From an uncultured Planctomycetales bacterium (GTDB lineage: Bacteria > Omnitrophota > Gorgyraeia > Gygaellales > Profunditerraquicolaceae): a stretch of 64,000 bases of DNA. The notes beneath the pieces are model-generated. The model had not been told where the DNA came from, searched no databases, and was given only the letters and a program-made list of their open reading frames with translations. Shown in pieces: positions 1 through 9,386 of the stretch. The stretch lies in the NCBI GenBank assembly GCA_964542785.1, contig CAZIUK010000001.1, forward strand, positions 261,115 to 325,114, read 5' to 3'. The position numbers were made by a program, and so were the translations under genes. Each line of letters opens with the position of its first letter. Positions within the stretch are counted from its first letter, which is position 1.

Positions 1-1
1 T

Positions 2-292
2 GATGGCTCTTCTTTCCCTTCGAAATTAGTAGATTTACGTACGGGGAAATATCTTACTGATGATACTTTGGCATGTGATTCTCAGCCTTGTATAAAGGGG
101 GGGTATAAGTATAAAGTTGGAGGAAACGGGGAAGAACTTTATTTTTACGTTTATGCCCTGCCTAAGACTCCTAATGTTACCGGCAAGCGTTCTTTTTGCT
201 CTTGTTCGGACGGCGTGGTAAGATATAATACTTTAGGGGCTGAACCTGATAGCCAAGCGGATTGTTTTGGTTGGAGTCCGGTTGAAATATAA
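2..292 (+). CDS. 3' fragment of a gene that begins upstream of the window; Cys-rich C-terminal region, function unknown
   Basis: The frame of ORF 68..292 is open back to base 2 with no stop, so the start lies outside the window. No recognisable motif. Confidence 0.3.
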   Translation, partial: DGSSFPSKLVDLRTGKYLTDDTLACDSQPCIKGGYKYKVGGNGEELYFYVYALPKTPNVTGKRSFCSCSDGVVRYNTLGAEPDSQADCFGWSPVEI

Positions 293-336
293 TTTTTACT
301 GTTTATTATTTTTTAAATCAACCTGCGATAAAAAAT

Positions 337-711
337 ATGAAGACAAAAATATACTATCACCATACAGACTGCGGTGGGGTTGTTTATTACGCCAATTACC
401 TTAATTTTTTTGAGGAGGCGCGGACAGAATATTTTGCTCAGTGCGGGTTTTCCATAAAAAAGCTTGCTGATTCAGGGACTATGTTTGTTGTTGCCCGTCA
501 AGAGATAGACTATAAAGCTTCTGCGGTTTATGCAGATGAGCTTGAAGTGAAAAGCAAGATACGGGAAAAAACCGGGGTTAAGATTATCTTTGAGCATGAG
601 ACGTATAATCAGAAAGGCGTATTACTTAATAAAGCTATTACAACTTTAGTCTGTGTAGGTAAGGATTTGAAGCCCAAGGCCATTCCTGAGGATATCCGCA
701 ATAAACTCTAA
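337..711 (+). CDS. YbgC/4HBT-type hotdog-fold acyl-CoA thioesterase
   Basis: N-terminal YHHTDCGGVVYYANYLNFFEEAR motif typical of YbgC/FadM thioesterases; ~124 aa. Confidence 0.75.
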   Translation: MKTKIYYHHTDCGGVVYYANYLNFFEEARTEYFAQCGFSIKKLADSGTMFVVARQEIDYKASAVYADELEVKSKIREKTGVKIIFEHETYNQKGVLLNKAITTLVCVGKDLKPKAIPEDIRNKL

Positions 712-748
712 GTTAAACTCTCTTAAATAATTTTTTAAGGAGGTAAAG

Positions 749-1249
749 GTGGAAGCTATAGATGTCTTGTTAAAAAGAAGAAGTATTCGCGTGTTTAAAG
801 AAGAGTTGATAGAAAGAAAAGAATTAGAAAAAATAGTTGAGGCAGGCAGGTTTGCTCCTACAGCAAGGAATGTTCAACCTTGGCAATTTGTAGTTGTAAC
901 TAATAAAGATACGCTTAAAGAGTTAGCCGTATTAGCAGATAATGGAAAGTTTTTGGCAGGGGGTGCTGCTGCTATAGTTGTCTTATGTTTGGATACTAAG
1001 TATTACCTTGAGGATGGTTGTTCTGCAACGGTAAATATGCTAAATGCTGCAGCTTCATTAGGGATAGCTTCTTGTTGGGTGGCAGGTGATAAAAAAGAAT
1101 ACTCTTCAGGGGTCTTAAAATTATTAAAAGCTCCGGAAGGCTTTAAGCTGATTAGCATAATAGCGTTAGGTTATCCTAAAGAAGAGAGCGCTTTTAGAAA
1201 AGCAGAAAAGAAGCCACTTCAAGATATCTTACGTTGGGAGAAGTTTTGA
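749..1249 (+). CDS. nitroreductase-family protein
   Basis: RRSIRVF...ARNVQPWQFVVV nitroreductase signature. GTG start with an AAGGAGG Shine-Dalgarno at 735-741. Confidence 0.7.
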   Translation: MEAIDVLLKRRSIRVFKEELIERKELEKIVEAGRFAPTARNVQPWQFVVVTNKDTLKELAVLADNGKFLAGGAAAIVVLCLDTKYYLEDGCSATVNMLNAAASLGIASCWVAGDKKEYSSGVLKLLKAPEGFKLISIIALGYPKEESAFRKAEKKPLQDILRWEKF

Positions 1250-1500
1250 TGGTTTATCTTTACCGGGGCGGTTGTCTCTTGCCTTTTTTAATATTCTTTA
1301 ACCTTTTCTTTGGAAGAATATTTTTTAATTTTAAGTTATGGTTGATTATAGAAGGGGTTTTAATACTTATATTCTTACTTTATTCATATATTTTAAGCAA
1401 AAAGTTACTCTCTGGGGTAAATAACCTGCAAAAAAGAAGCGGGGTTATAGATGTAGAGGCAGAGGTTGTAGATAAAAATAAAGATAAAGGCATAGAATAA
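1248..1500 (+). CDS. small hydrophobic membrane protein (hypothetical)
   Basis: ATG overlaps the TGA of the upstream gene (TGATG). Two predicted TM helices. No homology recognisable. Confidence 0.25.
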
Positions 1501-1519
1501 AATAAAAGGAGGTTGATCT

Positions 1520-3634
1520 ATGTTTGGTTTTGATTTGTTGATTTTAGCTCCTGTAGGCTCAATAGCAGCGCTTATGTTTGCTGCGTATCTTGCTATGTTT
1601 ATAATGAGAAAGAGCGAAGGAACAGATAGGATGAAAGAGATTGCCTTGGCAGTGCGCATAGGGGCTAATGCTTATCTAAAAAGACAGTATCTAGGTGTTT
1701 CGATATTTTTTGCAATAGTATTTTTTCTTCTTTTAGTATTGGCATTTAAAAATTATCTTGTTATATTTGTACCTTTTGCGTTTTTAACCGGAGGGTTGTT
1801 TTCAGGGCTCTCCGGATTTATCGGTATGACTATAGCCACGCAGGCCTCTAACCGCACTGCAGCAGCAGCACAGGAGAGCTTAAACTCAGGGCTTAGAGTT
1901 GCTTTTTCAAGCGGAGCTGTTATGGGGTTAACCGTAGTAGGCCTTGGGCTTTTGGACTTAAGTATCTGGTATTATTTTTTAAACTGGTATTATTCTCATA
2001 ACCCCACACCTTTGGGGATAGATAAGATTACCGCAATAACTTCAACTATGCTTTGTTTTGGCATGGGCGCAAGCTCACAGGCACTCTTTGCAAGGGTTGG
2101 GGGAGGAATCTTTACTAAGGCAGCGGATGTAGGGGCAGATCTTGTAGGAAAGGTAGAGGCAGGCATCCCGGAGGATGACCCAAGAAACCCTGCTGTGATT
2201 GCCGATAATGTAGGGGATAATGTCGGCGATGTCGCGGGGATGGGAGCTGATCTTTATGAATCCTATGTAGGCTCAATAGTAGCTACCTCAGCTTTAGGTG
2301 TTTCTGCTGGGTTTGGGGTTGCGGGGGTAACCGTCCCTTTAGTAATGGCAGCTGTGGGTGTTATCGCCTCAATCATCGGAACCTTTTTTGTAAAGAGTAA
2401 GGAAGATGCTTCGCAAAAAGCATTATTAGCTGCTTTAAGAAAAGGCGTATTTATAAGCGCATTCTTGGTTGCGGCAATAGCATACTTTTTAGTAACAGGG
2501 GTTTTAGGGCAGAAGTATATGGGAGTCTATTGGGCGATTATTTCAGGTTTGGTTGCTGGGGTTATTATCGGCTTAGTTACAGAATTTTATACCTCAAGCG
2601 GGTTTAAGCCTACTCAGTCAATAGCTGATTCTTCTCTTACCGGACCGGCGACTGTTATTATAAGCGGACTTGCCGTGGGGATGATGTCAACTGCTATTCC
2701 TGTAATTATTGTAGGAGTAGCAATATTAGCCAGTTTTTTATTAGCTGGAGGAAGAATCCACGACCCCTCAACTTTTAGCGCAGGGCTTTACGGCGTGGCT
2801 ATCTCAGCAGTGGGGATGCTTTCTACTTTGGGGATTACCTTAGCTACTGATGCTTATGGCCCGGTAGCGGATAATGCCGGAGGGAACGCTGAGATGTCTC
2901 ATCTTTCGCCTGAGGTAAGAAAAAGGACTGATGCCTTGGATTCTTTAGGAAATACTACGGCGGCAACAGGCAAGGGTTTTGCAATAGGATCAGCTGCCTT
3001 GACTGCCTTAGCTTTAATTGCCGCATTTAAAGACCAGATTGCTATGCTTGGCAAGGAGATGTCTTTAAGCATTATGAATCCTAGCGTATTAGTCGGATTA
3101 TTTTTAGGCGCTATGCTTCCGTTTTTATTTTGTGCTATGACTATGCGCGCAGTAGGAAGAGCTGCAGGTAAAATTGTAGTTGAGGTGCGTAGGCAGTTTA
3201 AGGAGATAGTTGGTTTGATGGAAGGGAAGACCAAGCCGGATTATGCCCGTTGTGTAAGCATAGCTACCGGGGCTGCACAAAAAGAGATGATTATGCCTTC
3301 TCTTTTGGCGATTATTGCGCCTATTTTAACCGGTATATTAATCGGAGTTGAAGGCCAGGCAGGCCTGCTTATGGGCGCTTTGGCTTCGGGGTTTGTTTTA
3401 GCAGTAATGATGGCAAATTCTGGCGGAGCCTGGGATAATGCCAAGAAATACATAGAAGAAGGGCATCACGGAGGCAAGGGTTCAAATGCGCACAAGGCAG
3501 GAGTTGTCGGAGATACAGTAGGGGACCCTTTTAAAGATACTTCGGGCCCAAGTTTAAATGTTTTGATTAAACTTATGTCTATGGTCTCTATTGTTTTTGC
3601 TTCGTTTATTTTAAAAAATTCCCTATTTAAATAA
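1520..3634 (+). CDS. hppA: membrane-bound proton/sodium-translocating pyrophosphatase
   Basis: 704 aa polytopic protein with [41 protein letters not shown], the hallmark of V-type H+-PPases. Shine-Dalgarno AAAGGAGG upstream. Confidence 0.92.
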   Translation: MFGFDLLILAPVGSIAALMFAAYLAMFIMRKSEGTDRMKEIALAVRIGANAYLKRQYLGVSIFFAIVFFLLLVLAFKNYLVIFVPFAFLTGGLFSGLSGFIGMTIATQASNRTAAAAQESLNSGLRVAFSSGAVMGLTVVGLGLLDLSIWYYFLNWYYSHNPTPLGIDKITAITSTMLCFGMGASSQALFARVGGGIFTKAADVGADLVGKVEAGIPEDDPRNPAVIADNVGDNVGDVAGMGADLYESYVGSIVATSALGVSAGFGVAGVTVPLVMAAVGVIASIIGTFFVKSKEDASQKALLAALRKGVFISAFLVAAIAYFLVTGVLGQKYMGVYWAIISGLVAGVIIGLVTEFYTSSGFKPTQSIADSSLTGPATVIISGLAVGMMSTAIPVIIVGVAILASFLLAGGRIHDPSTFSAGLYGVAISAVGMLSTLGITLATDAYGPVADNAGGNAEMSHLSPEVRKRTDALDSLGNTTAATGKGFAIGSAALTALALIAAFKDQIAMLGKEMSLSIMNPSVLVGLFLGAMLPFLFCAMTMRAVGRAAGKIVVEVRRQFKEIVGLMEGKTKPDYARCVSIATGAAQKEMIMPSLLAIIAPILTGILIGVEGQAGLLMGALASGFVLAVMMANSGGAWDNAKKYIEEGHHGGKGSNAHKAGVVGDTVGDPFKDTSGPSLNVLIKLMSMVSIVFASFILKNSLFK

Positions 3635-3646
3635 TCTTTACTCTTT

Positions 3647-3687
3647 AGGGACACTTAGTCTGTTAATCGATAGGGTGTCCCTTTTTC
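3647..3687 (+). terminator. rho-independent terminator after hppA
   Basis: Stem agggacac/gtgtccct (8 bp) followed by TTTTT. Confidence 0.6.
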
Positions 3688-3753
3688 AGGTTGTCGAGGA
3701 TAATGATATTTGTTAAGTCATATTTAAAATAAGTATTATTTGTTAAATAATAC

Positions 3754-3782
3754 TTGACAAGGCTAAGTATTTGATTTATGCT
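3754..3782 (+). promoter_or_regulatory. sigma-70-like promoter upstream of the XRE-cupin regulator
   Basis: TTGACA (3754-3759), 17-nt spacer, TATGCT (3777-3782); ~18 nt upstream of an AGGAAG Shine-Dalgarno and the ATG at 3800. Confidence 0.45.
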
Positions 3783-3799
3783 CTTTTTGGAGGAAGATA

Positions 3800-4351
3800 A
3801 TGAAAATTGTAGGCGTGAATATAAAGAGGTTAAGGGAAAACAAGGGAATGACGTTAAGGGCACTTGCTAAACAATTAAATGTCAGTGCTAGTTTTTTATC
3901 GCAGGTTGAAACAGGGAAGGCCTCACCATCTTTAGCTACTTTAAAGAATATCGCCGACTCTCTTTTTACAACGATAGGGAATTTAATAGGAGAAGGAGAA
4001 AAAATCAGCGATAATCCTATAGTTAGATTAAATGAACGCAAACATTATCAAGAAGTTGGAAAAGGGATTAACATTTATCTTTTAACTTCCCAAGATGCCA
4101 ATAAGCAGATGGAGCCTTTATTATTCAAGCTGGCAGGTAAAGCAACTTCTGGAACTGTTTCTTATAGGCACTTTGGCCAGGAATTTGTTTTGGTGCTTAA
4201 GGGAGTTGTAGAAATCACCTTAAACGATACAGTATATATTTTAAGAAAAGGCGATAGTATATATTTTAATTCCAATGTTCCCCATTCATTTAAGAATATT
4301 GCAAAAGAAGAAGCTGAGGCTGTTTGGGTAGTTACCCCGCCAACTTTTTAA
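3800..4351 (+). CDS. XRE-family HTH transcriptional regulator with C-terminal cupin domain
   Basis: N-terminus KRLRENKGMTLRALAKQLNVSASFLSQVETGK is an HTH_3 motif. C-terminal ~100 aa is cupin-like. Confidence 0.75.
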   Translation: MKIVGVNIKRLRENKGMTLRALAKQLNVSASFLSQVETGKASPSLATLKNIADSLFTTIGNLIGEGEKISDNPIVRLNERKHYQEVGKGINIYLLTSQDANKQMEPLLFKLAGKATSGTVSYRHFGQEFVLVLKGVVEITLNDTVYILRKGDSIYFNSNVPHSFKNIAKEEAEAVWVVTPPTF

Positions 4352-4424
4352 TAAAGAATTTTTTTTAATATCCTTATTAAGTGTATATTAAAAATGTTAA
4401 TTAATATAGAACAGGAGGGATAAG

Positions 4425-5642
4425 ATGAAAAAGCTGTTTAAGGTTAAAGCAAGAGGGTTAAATGAATCGCTTATTAAGTTTTCGCGCAAGATAACAGATT
4501 GTAATTTTGATACTGATGGTATTAAGGAACTCAGTGGTTTAATTTTAGGAGAGATGAAGTGTTTAGGTTTTGATAAAGTAATTAGTGATAGGATAGGTAA
4601 TTTGATCGGCGTAATAAAAGGATACGAAAATAAAGCCCCTATAGTTATTATTTCGCATATGGATATGCCTCCACTAGAAGAGCGTAAAGTAGAAGCTTGC
4701 CTTGAAAGTGGAATTATAAAATTTAAGGCAGGAATTATTTCTAGCATATATGCGGCTGCATTGATGAAAAGGACATTGTTGCCATTGACCGGGGATTTAA
4801 TTGTTTGTTGTGTGCTTAGAAATGAATGCTGCGATTATGGAATAAAATACCTATTTGAAAACTATTTAAAACCGAAGTTAAAGAAAATGCATGGTGTTAT
4901 TCTTTGTGAGCCGACTGATTTTAATATCTACTTGGGGCATAAGGGCAGGATGGAATATGAGATAATTGTGAAAGGTAGATTGAATAAGAATTTTGTAGAG
5001 AATAGAGGAATGAATATATTAGGGGCGATGTTTCCTTTGATTAACGAGCTGGAAAAAGCTTCAAAACAACTGCCTAATGATTCTAACCTTGGGTATTCTA
5101 ACCTTAGGATTAAGGATGTTAGGTATAGTGGTTATCAGCCGGAAGATGAACTTAGTGAGTTTAGGGTAATTGTGGATAGGGTATTTATCCCTAAGGAAAA
5201 TCTAAATGGTATTCTGGATAAAGCAAAGGCTATAGCCAAGACGGTATATAAAGGAGAATCGGATGTAACTATTAATACTGTGTTGGCGCGGAAGAGAGTG
5301 AAAACTTATTCTGGAGTTGAGCTTGTTTCTAAGAAGGAATTTAAGCCTTGGATCATGGATAGTCATCAGCCGTTTGCCTTGGAGTCGCTTAAAAGCCTGA
5401 CAGAGAATGGATTCAAGTCTGATTTTGGGTATTGGAAGAATATTACTACTGAAGGTTCTTATACTTGTGCTCAGCTGCATATACCTACGATTGGTTTTGG
5501 CGCGGGCTTAGAGGATGTTGTAGATTCAGGCGCTGAATCACTAAGCTTTGACAAATTGGGAAAAGCAGTATATGGGCTAGGGTTGATTGTCCAGAGGAAT
5601 ATAGGAATACCGACATTTGGTTGGAGTTCAGATGAAATCTAA
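4425..5642 (+). CDS. M20-family metallopeptidase / ArgE-DapE-like deacylase (divergent)
   Basis: ~405 aa with an SHMDMPPLEE (H-x-D) metal-binding motif; overall M20-like organisation. Assignment tentative. Confidence 0.4.
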   Translation: MKKLFKVKARGLNESLIKFSRKITDCNFDTDGIKELSGLILGEMKCLGFDKVISDRIGNLIGVIKGYENKAPIVIISHMDMPPLEERKVEACLESGIIKFKAGIISSIYAAALMKRTLLPLTGDLIVCCVLRNECCDYGIKYLFENYLKPKLKKMHGVILCEPTDFNIYLGHKGRMEYEIIVKGRLNKNFVENRGMNILGAMFPLINELEKASKQLPNDSNLGYSNLRIKDVRYSGYQPEDELSEFRVIVDRVFIPKENLNGILDKAKAIAKTVYKGESDVTINTVLARKRVKTYSGVELVSKKEFKPWIMDSHQPFALESLKSLTENGFKSDFGYWKNITTEGSYTCAQLHIPTIGFGAGLEDVVDSGAESLSFDKLGKAVYGLGLIVQRNIGIPTFGWSSDEI

Positions 5643-6855
5643 AGATAAACAGGTTAAGATCTTGGTATTGAATTGTGGAAGCTCTTCGCTAAAGTATAAA
5701 CTTATTTGTATGCCTCAGGAAGAGATTTTAGTACAAGGGGAAGCAGAGAGAGTGGGCATCAAAACAAGAGGCCTTTCTATTATTACACATATAGTTTCCG
5801 GCAGGAAAAAAATAATTAAGACTTTACCTCTTGATCATTCGTCTGCGCTTCAGAAAATTCTTGATCTATTGAAATTAAATAAAGGCATGGAGTTTGATAT
5901 AGTCGCCCATCGTTATGTCCATCCTGGTAATTATTTCAGCAGACCGATAAAAATAACTAAATTCGTATTGGCAAAACTTAAAGAAACTTTGCCGTTGGCA
6001 GCAATCCACAATCCTATATCCTATAGTTTGATTGAAAGTTGTTATAATGAGTATAGGCTTAAAAATCAGTATGCTGTTTTTGATACTTCTTTTCATAAGA
6101 CAATCCCGCCGGAATATTATTCTTATGCGCTTCCTAAGAGCTTGGTGAAAAAATACGGCTTAAGGAAAGTAGGTTTTCACGGAATATCCCACCGTTACGT
6201 TATGGAAGAAGTATCCCGGTATCTTAAAAAAGATAAATCAATTTTAAGGATGATTAGCTGTCATCTCGGAACCGGAGGATCAAGCGTATGCGCGATCCGG
6301 GAAGGAAAATCAGTCAATAATTCTATGGGTTTTACGCCGTTAGAAGGATTAATGATGAATACTCGTTGCGGAGATATTGATTTAGGCGTGGTATTCTACA
6401 TTATGTTTAAAGAACTGTTCTCTTCTGCACAGGCAGAGGATATTTTGAATAAAAAAAGCGGCGTCCTTGGAATATTCAATCTTTCCTCTGATTTACGAGA
6501 TGTAATTAAGAATATGGATAATGATAAGCAAGCAAGAATGGCTTTTAATATGTACGTGCGTAGGGTTAGGGCCTATATAGGTTTTTACAGTTTAATCTTA
6601 AAGAAGGCAGATGTCTTAGTATTTACGGATTCGTTGGGATTGGGGGAGCCATTATTGCGTAAGTATATATGTGATAATATGGCATTTTTAGGGATAAACA
6701 TAGATGAAAAGAAAAATAGCGGCTATAGTAAAGGCATAATGGATATTTCTTCGCTTAGTTCTGAAACTAGGATTTTAGTGGTTCCTACTGATGAAGAGAT
6801 TATGATTGCTAGGGAAGTTTATAAGGAGCTTAAAAGAAATGGTTCTAATTATTGA
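5632..6855 (+). CDS. ackA: acetate kinase
   Basis: ILVLNCGSSSLKYKL, AHRYVHPG, FDTSFHKT, GFHGISH, CHLGTGGSS, MGFTPLEG: all canonical AckA motifs. Start moved to the internal Met at 5632. Confidence 0.88.
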   Translation: MKSKDKQVKILVLNCGSSSLKYKLICMPQEEILVQGEAERVGIKTRGLSIITHIVSGRKKIIKTLPLDHSSALQKILDLLKLNKGMEFDIVAHRYVHPGNYFSRPIKITKFVLAKLKETLPLAAIHNPISYSLIESCYNEYRLKNQYAVFDTSFHKTIPPEYYSYALPKSLVKKYGLRKVGFHGISHRYVMEEVSRYLKKDKSILRMISCHLGTGGSSVCAIREGKSVNNSMGFTPLEGLMMNTRCGDIDLGVVFYIMFKELFSSAQAEDILNKKSGVLGIFNLSSDLRDVIKNMDNDKQARMAFNMYVRRVRAYIGFYSLILKKADVLVFTDSLGLGEPLLRKYICDNMAFLGINIDEKKNSGYSKGIMDISSLSSETRILVVPTDEEIMIAREVYKELKRNGSNY

Positions 6856-7936
6856 CTGCGATTTAAAGAAATTAAAAACCTGGGTATTTAAGGATAGCTG
6901 GGGAATCTCTAGGGAAGAATTTTTTGCTAAGAATCTCGATGAATTAACTGATGAAGCTGCCTTGCGCAAGTATATTTATGGAATTTCTGGAAAAACCCGT
7001 ATTAGGGCTATTGCTTTTAGGATATTATTTGGAGGTGATTATTTCAAGAAGGCAGAATTGATTGATAGTAATTTTTTTTCTAGGTTTAAAAGATTAACGA
7101 TTTTTTTCCCATTTTATGTGCCGACAATGTTGGAGGTTTTAAAAAGATTTCTGAAGATATTCAAGAAAATACCGCTCATAGCTTTTTTTGAGACCGCTTT
7201 TTTCACAAAATTACCAGATGAGGAAAAATATTACGCTTTGCCATTTGAGTATTATAAAAATACCGGAATTAAGAAGTGGGGGTTTCATGGTATTTTTCAT
7301 GAATCAAACGCACAGATGTTTATTAAGAGAAAAAAAGTGGTTTCTGTGGTTATGGATAAACAGACTACTGTATGTTCGATTATGGGTAATAGTCCATTTT
7401 CGGTTAGCATGGGTTATACTCCTTTGGAGGGGATTATGTCTCGCAGGAGCTGCGGGGATATTGATCCTGGTATAATTTTTTATCTTATGAATGTACATAA
7501 TTTTTCGATTTACCAGATTGATGAAGTATTGAAGAATGAAAGTGGTTTTTTCGGGGTTACTAGTTATGATATCGGCTTTACCGATATGTTAAAGTTACGA
7601 GGCAGGGATGCAAGAATTGATTTAGCTTTTGATATGTATAAGGCACAGATAATAAAGCATATCGGTGAAGCGGTTACTCTTATTGGGGGTTTAGATGTTG
7701 TTGTATTCGCGGGGGAGTATTTGATTAAGGCTGTGCCTTTAATCCGCGAAATAATCAAGCAAATATCTTTTTTGGGGATACATACTTTAGGTTTGACATG
7801 GGATGGAGATAATGATATGTATGCTGTTACTTCTAAGGAATCTAAAGTTGAAGTTTATATGAATATAATGGGGCTTTCGAAGACAATATATTACCAAAGC
7901 ATTAAGTTTTTGCATAATTCTGGAATAAGGCGCTAG
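6839..7936 (+). CDS. acetate/propionate-kinase-family paralog with degenerate catalytic motifs (possible pseudo-enzyme)
   Basis: Keeps GFHGIFH, MGYTPLEG and CGDIDP motifs. The phosphate-loop GSSS is replaced by DCDL (VLIIDCDLKKLK), and both conserved His positions are Phe (AFRILFGG; FETAFFTK). Confidence 0.6.
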   Translation: MVLIIDCDLKKLKTWVFKDSWGISREEFFAKNLDELTDEAALRKYIYGISGKTRIRAIAFRILFGGDYFKKAELIDSNFFSRFKRLTIFFPFYVPTMLEVLKRFLKIFKKIPLIAFFETAFFTKLPDEEKYYALPFEYYKNTGIKKWGFHGIFHESNAQMFIKRKKVVSVVMDKQTTVCSIMGNSPFSVSMGYTPLEGIMSRRSCGDIDPGIIFYLMNVHNFSIYQIDEVLKNESGFFGVTSYDIGFTDMLKLRGRDARIDLAFDMYKAQIIKHIGEAVTLIGGLDVVVFAGEYLIKAVPLIREIIKQISFLGIHTLGLTWDGDNDMYAVTSKESKVEVYMNIMGLSKTIYYQSIKFLHNSGIRR

Positions 7937-8038
7937 TATTGAATTAATCTTAAGGTATAGGAAAAGCAGCCCATTTAGCTATTCTGTAGCTTTAGCAAAA
8001 TGGGTATCCTTTTTTGTTTTTTGTGGTATAATATCTTC

Positions 8039-8638
8039 ATGGATGATTTAGGATTCGTCCGTAAGTTTATAAAAGGAGACATATCTGCCAGAGAAGAGTT
8101 TTTAAAACGTTATTCCCGCCTTATATACAGCTATATTTACCACACCTTGAGGCTTAAAGGTTTTAATCTTTACGTAGAGAGTGCAGATGATATATTTCAG
8201 AGCTTCTTTACTTTTATAATAGCAGAAGACTGTAAGCGTCTAAGGAGTTTTGGTGCTAAGAATGGATGTTCTCTTGCTACTTGGGTTAGGCAGTTGGTTA
8301 TAAACTTTACCATTGACTACATAAGGAAGATTCGGAAAAGAGTTCTAATTGATAACGAAGCTGGGGATTCTGATAGCTTAAAAGATGTATTGCTTGACAA
8401 TAATTTATCGGCTACGGATTCGCTTAATCTAAAAGAAAATCTTAAAATTTTAGCATATTGTATTGGGCTCTTAAATACCGACGATAAATTGCTTTTAGAG
8501 CTTAACCTTAATCAGGGGGTAAGACTTGAGGACTTAAGGGCTCTTTTAGGGCTTTCGCGTGGAGCGATAGATATGAGGAGGTCGCGTATAATAGAAAAGT
8601 TAAGGGATTGTTTTAAAGAAAAAGGTTTTTTATGTTAG
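8039..8638 (+). CDS. ECF-type sigma-70 family RNA polymerase sigma factor
   Basis: Region 2 (DDIFQSFFTFIIAEDCKRLRSF...ATWVRQLVINFTIDYIRKIRKR) and region 4 (LEDLRALLGLSRGAIDMRRSRIIEKLR) are recognisable. Start set at the internal Met. Confidence 0.75.
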   Translation: MDDLGFVRKFIKGDISAREEFLKRYSRLIYSYIYHTLRLKGFNLYVESADDIFQSFFTFIIAEDCKRLRSFGAKNGCSLATWVRQLVINFTIDYIRKIRKRVLIDNEAGDSDSLKDVLLDNNLSATDSLNLKENLKILAYCIGLLNTDDKLLLELNLNQGVRLEDLRALLGLSRGAIDMRRSRIIEKLRDCFKEKGFLC

Positions 8639-8684
8639 ATTTTTAGGTTTCATGCGTCTATTAAGTAAGGGGAGGCAGTAATCT

Positions 8685-9383
8685 GTGAAGAGCGATTTAG
8701 AGAATTTAATTAAGCAGGCCTTTAAAGAGTGGAAGAGTAAAAACCTTAACCTTACCGGCAGTCATCCGGATGAAGAGGATATTGTTTCTTTTGTTGAGGG
8801 TAAATTACCGAATAGCCGGAAAGAAGAGGTTAAGCAGCATATTATTCATTGTCAAGATTGCGCTAATCTTTTAGCTATTTTGTTGGCTTTGCCCACAGAG
8901 GAATATGAGCCTAGTCCTGTTTTAGTTAGTAAGGTTAAGGAGGCCTTAGGGGTGATAAAAATTCCGCAGACTGAAATATTCTTAAAAGTAAAAGAAAAGG
9001 CTTTTGAGTTGTTAAGGGCAAGCGGGGATATACTTATAGGCCAAGAGTTAATTCCTGCCGCAGTCCTTCGTAGCCGCAATTTGGATGAGTTAAAAGATGA
9101 AGTAGTAATGCTAAAGGATTTTGAGAGGTTAAGGTTAAAGATAAGGATAGAGAATAAACTTAAGAAATATTTTAATGTTAATATAGAGCTTACGGATAAA
9201 CTAAGCAAGTCTGCGAATAGGGATTTACGCATCAGTTTGTTTAAGGAAGAAGTTGAGCTTGAATCTTACCTTAATGATTCCGGGAGTGTTACCTTTGAAC
9301 ATATTCCTTTGGGTAGTTATAAGGTAATAGTATCTGACTTAGAGAAGGTTATTGCTTCTGTCTTTATTGAAGTTAAGGTTTAA
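8685..9383 (+). CDS. putative zinc-finger (zf-HC2-type) anti-sigma factor, soluble, with C-terminal beta-rich domain
   Basis: HIIHCQDCANLL matches the H-x3-C-x2-C anti-sigma zinc-finger motif. Immediately downstream of the ECF sigma. No TM segment. GTG start. Confidence 0.5.
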   Translation: MKSDLENLIKQAFKEWKSKNLNLTGSHPDEEDIVSFVEGKLPNSRKEEVKQHIIHCQDCANLLAILLALPTEEYEPSPVLVSKVKEALGVIKIPQTEIFLKVKEKAFELLRASGDILIGQELIPAAVLRSRNLDELKDEVVMLKDFERLRLKIRIENKLKKYFNVNIELTDKLSKSANRDLRISLFKEEVELESYLNDSGSVTFEHIPLGSYKVIVSDLEKVIASVFIEVKV

Positions 9384-9386
9384 GGA

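Noticed and set aside
2899-3654. Three - strand ORFs (111, 70, 62 aa) inside hppA
   Set aside because: Antisense to a highly conserved H+-PPase coding region; typical shadow ORFs.
7188-7758. Small + and - ORFs inside the second acetate-kinase-family gene
   Set aside because: Nested in or antisense to a gene with clear family motifs; no start signals.
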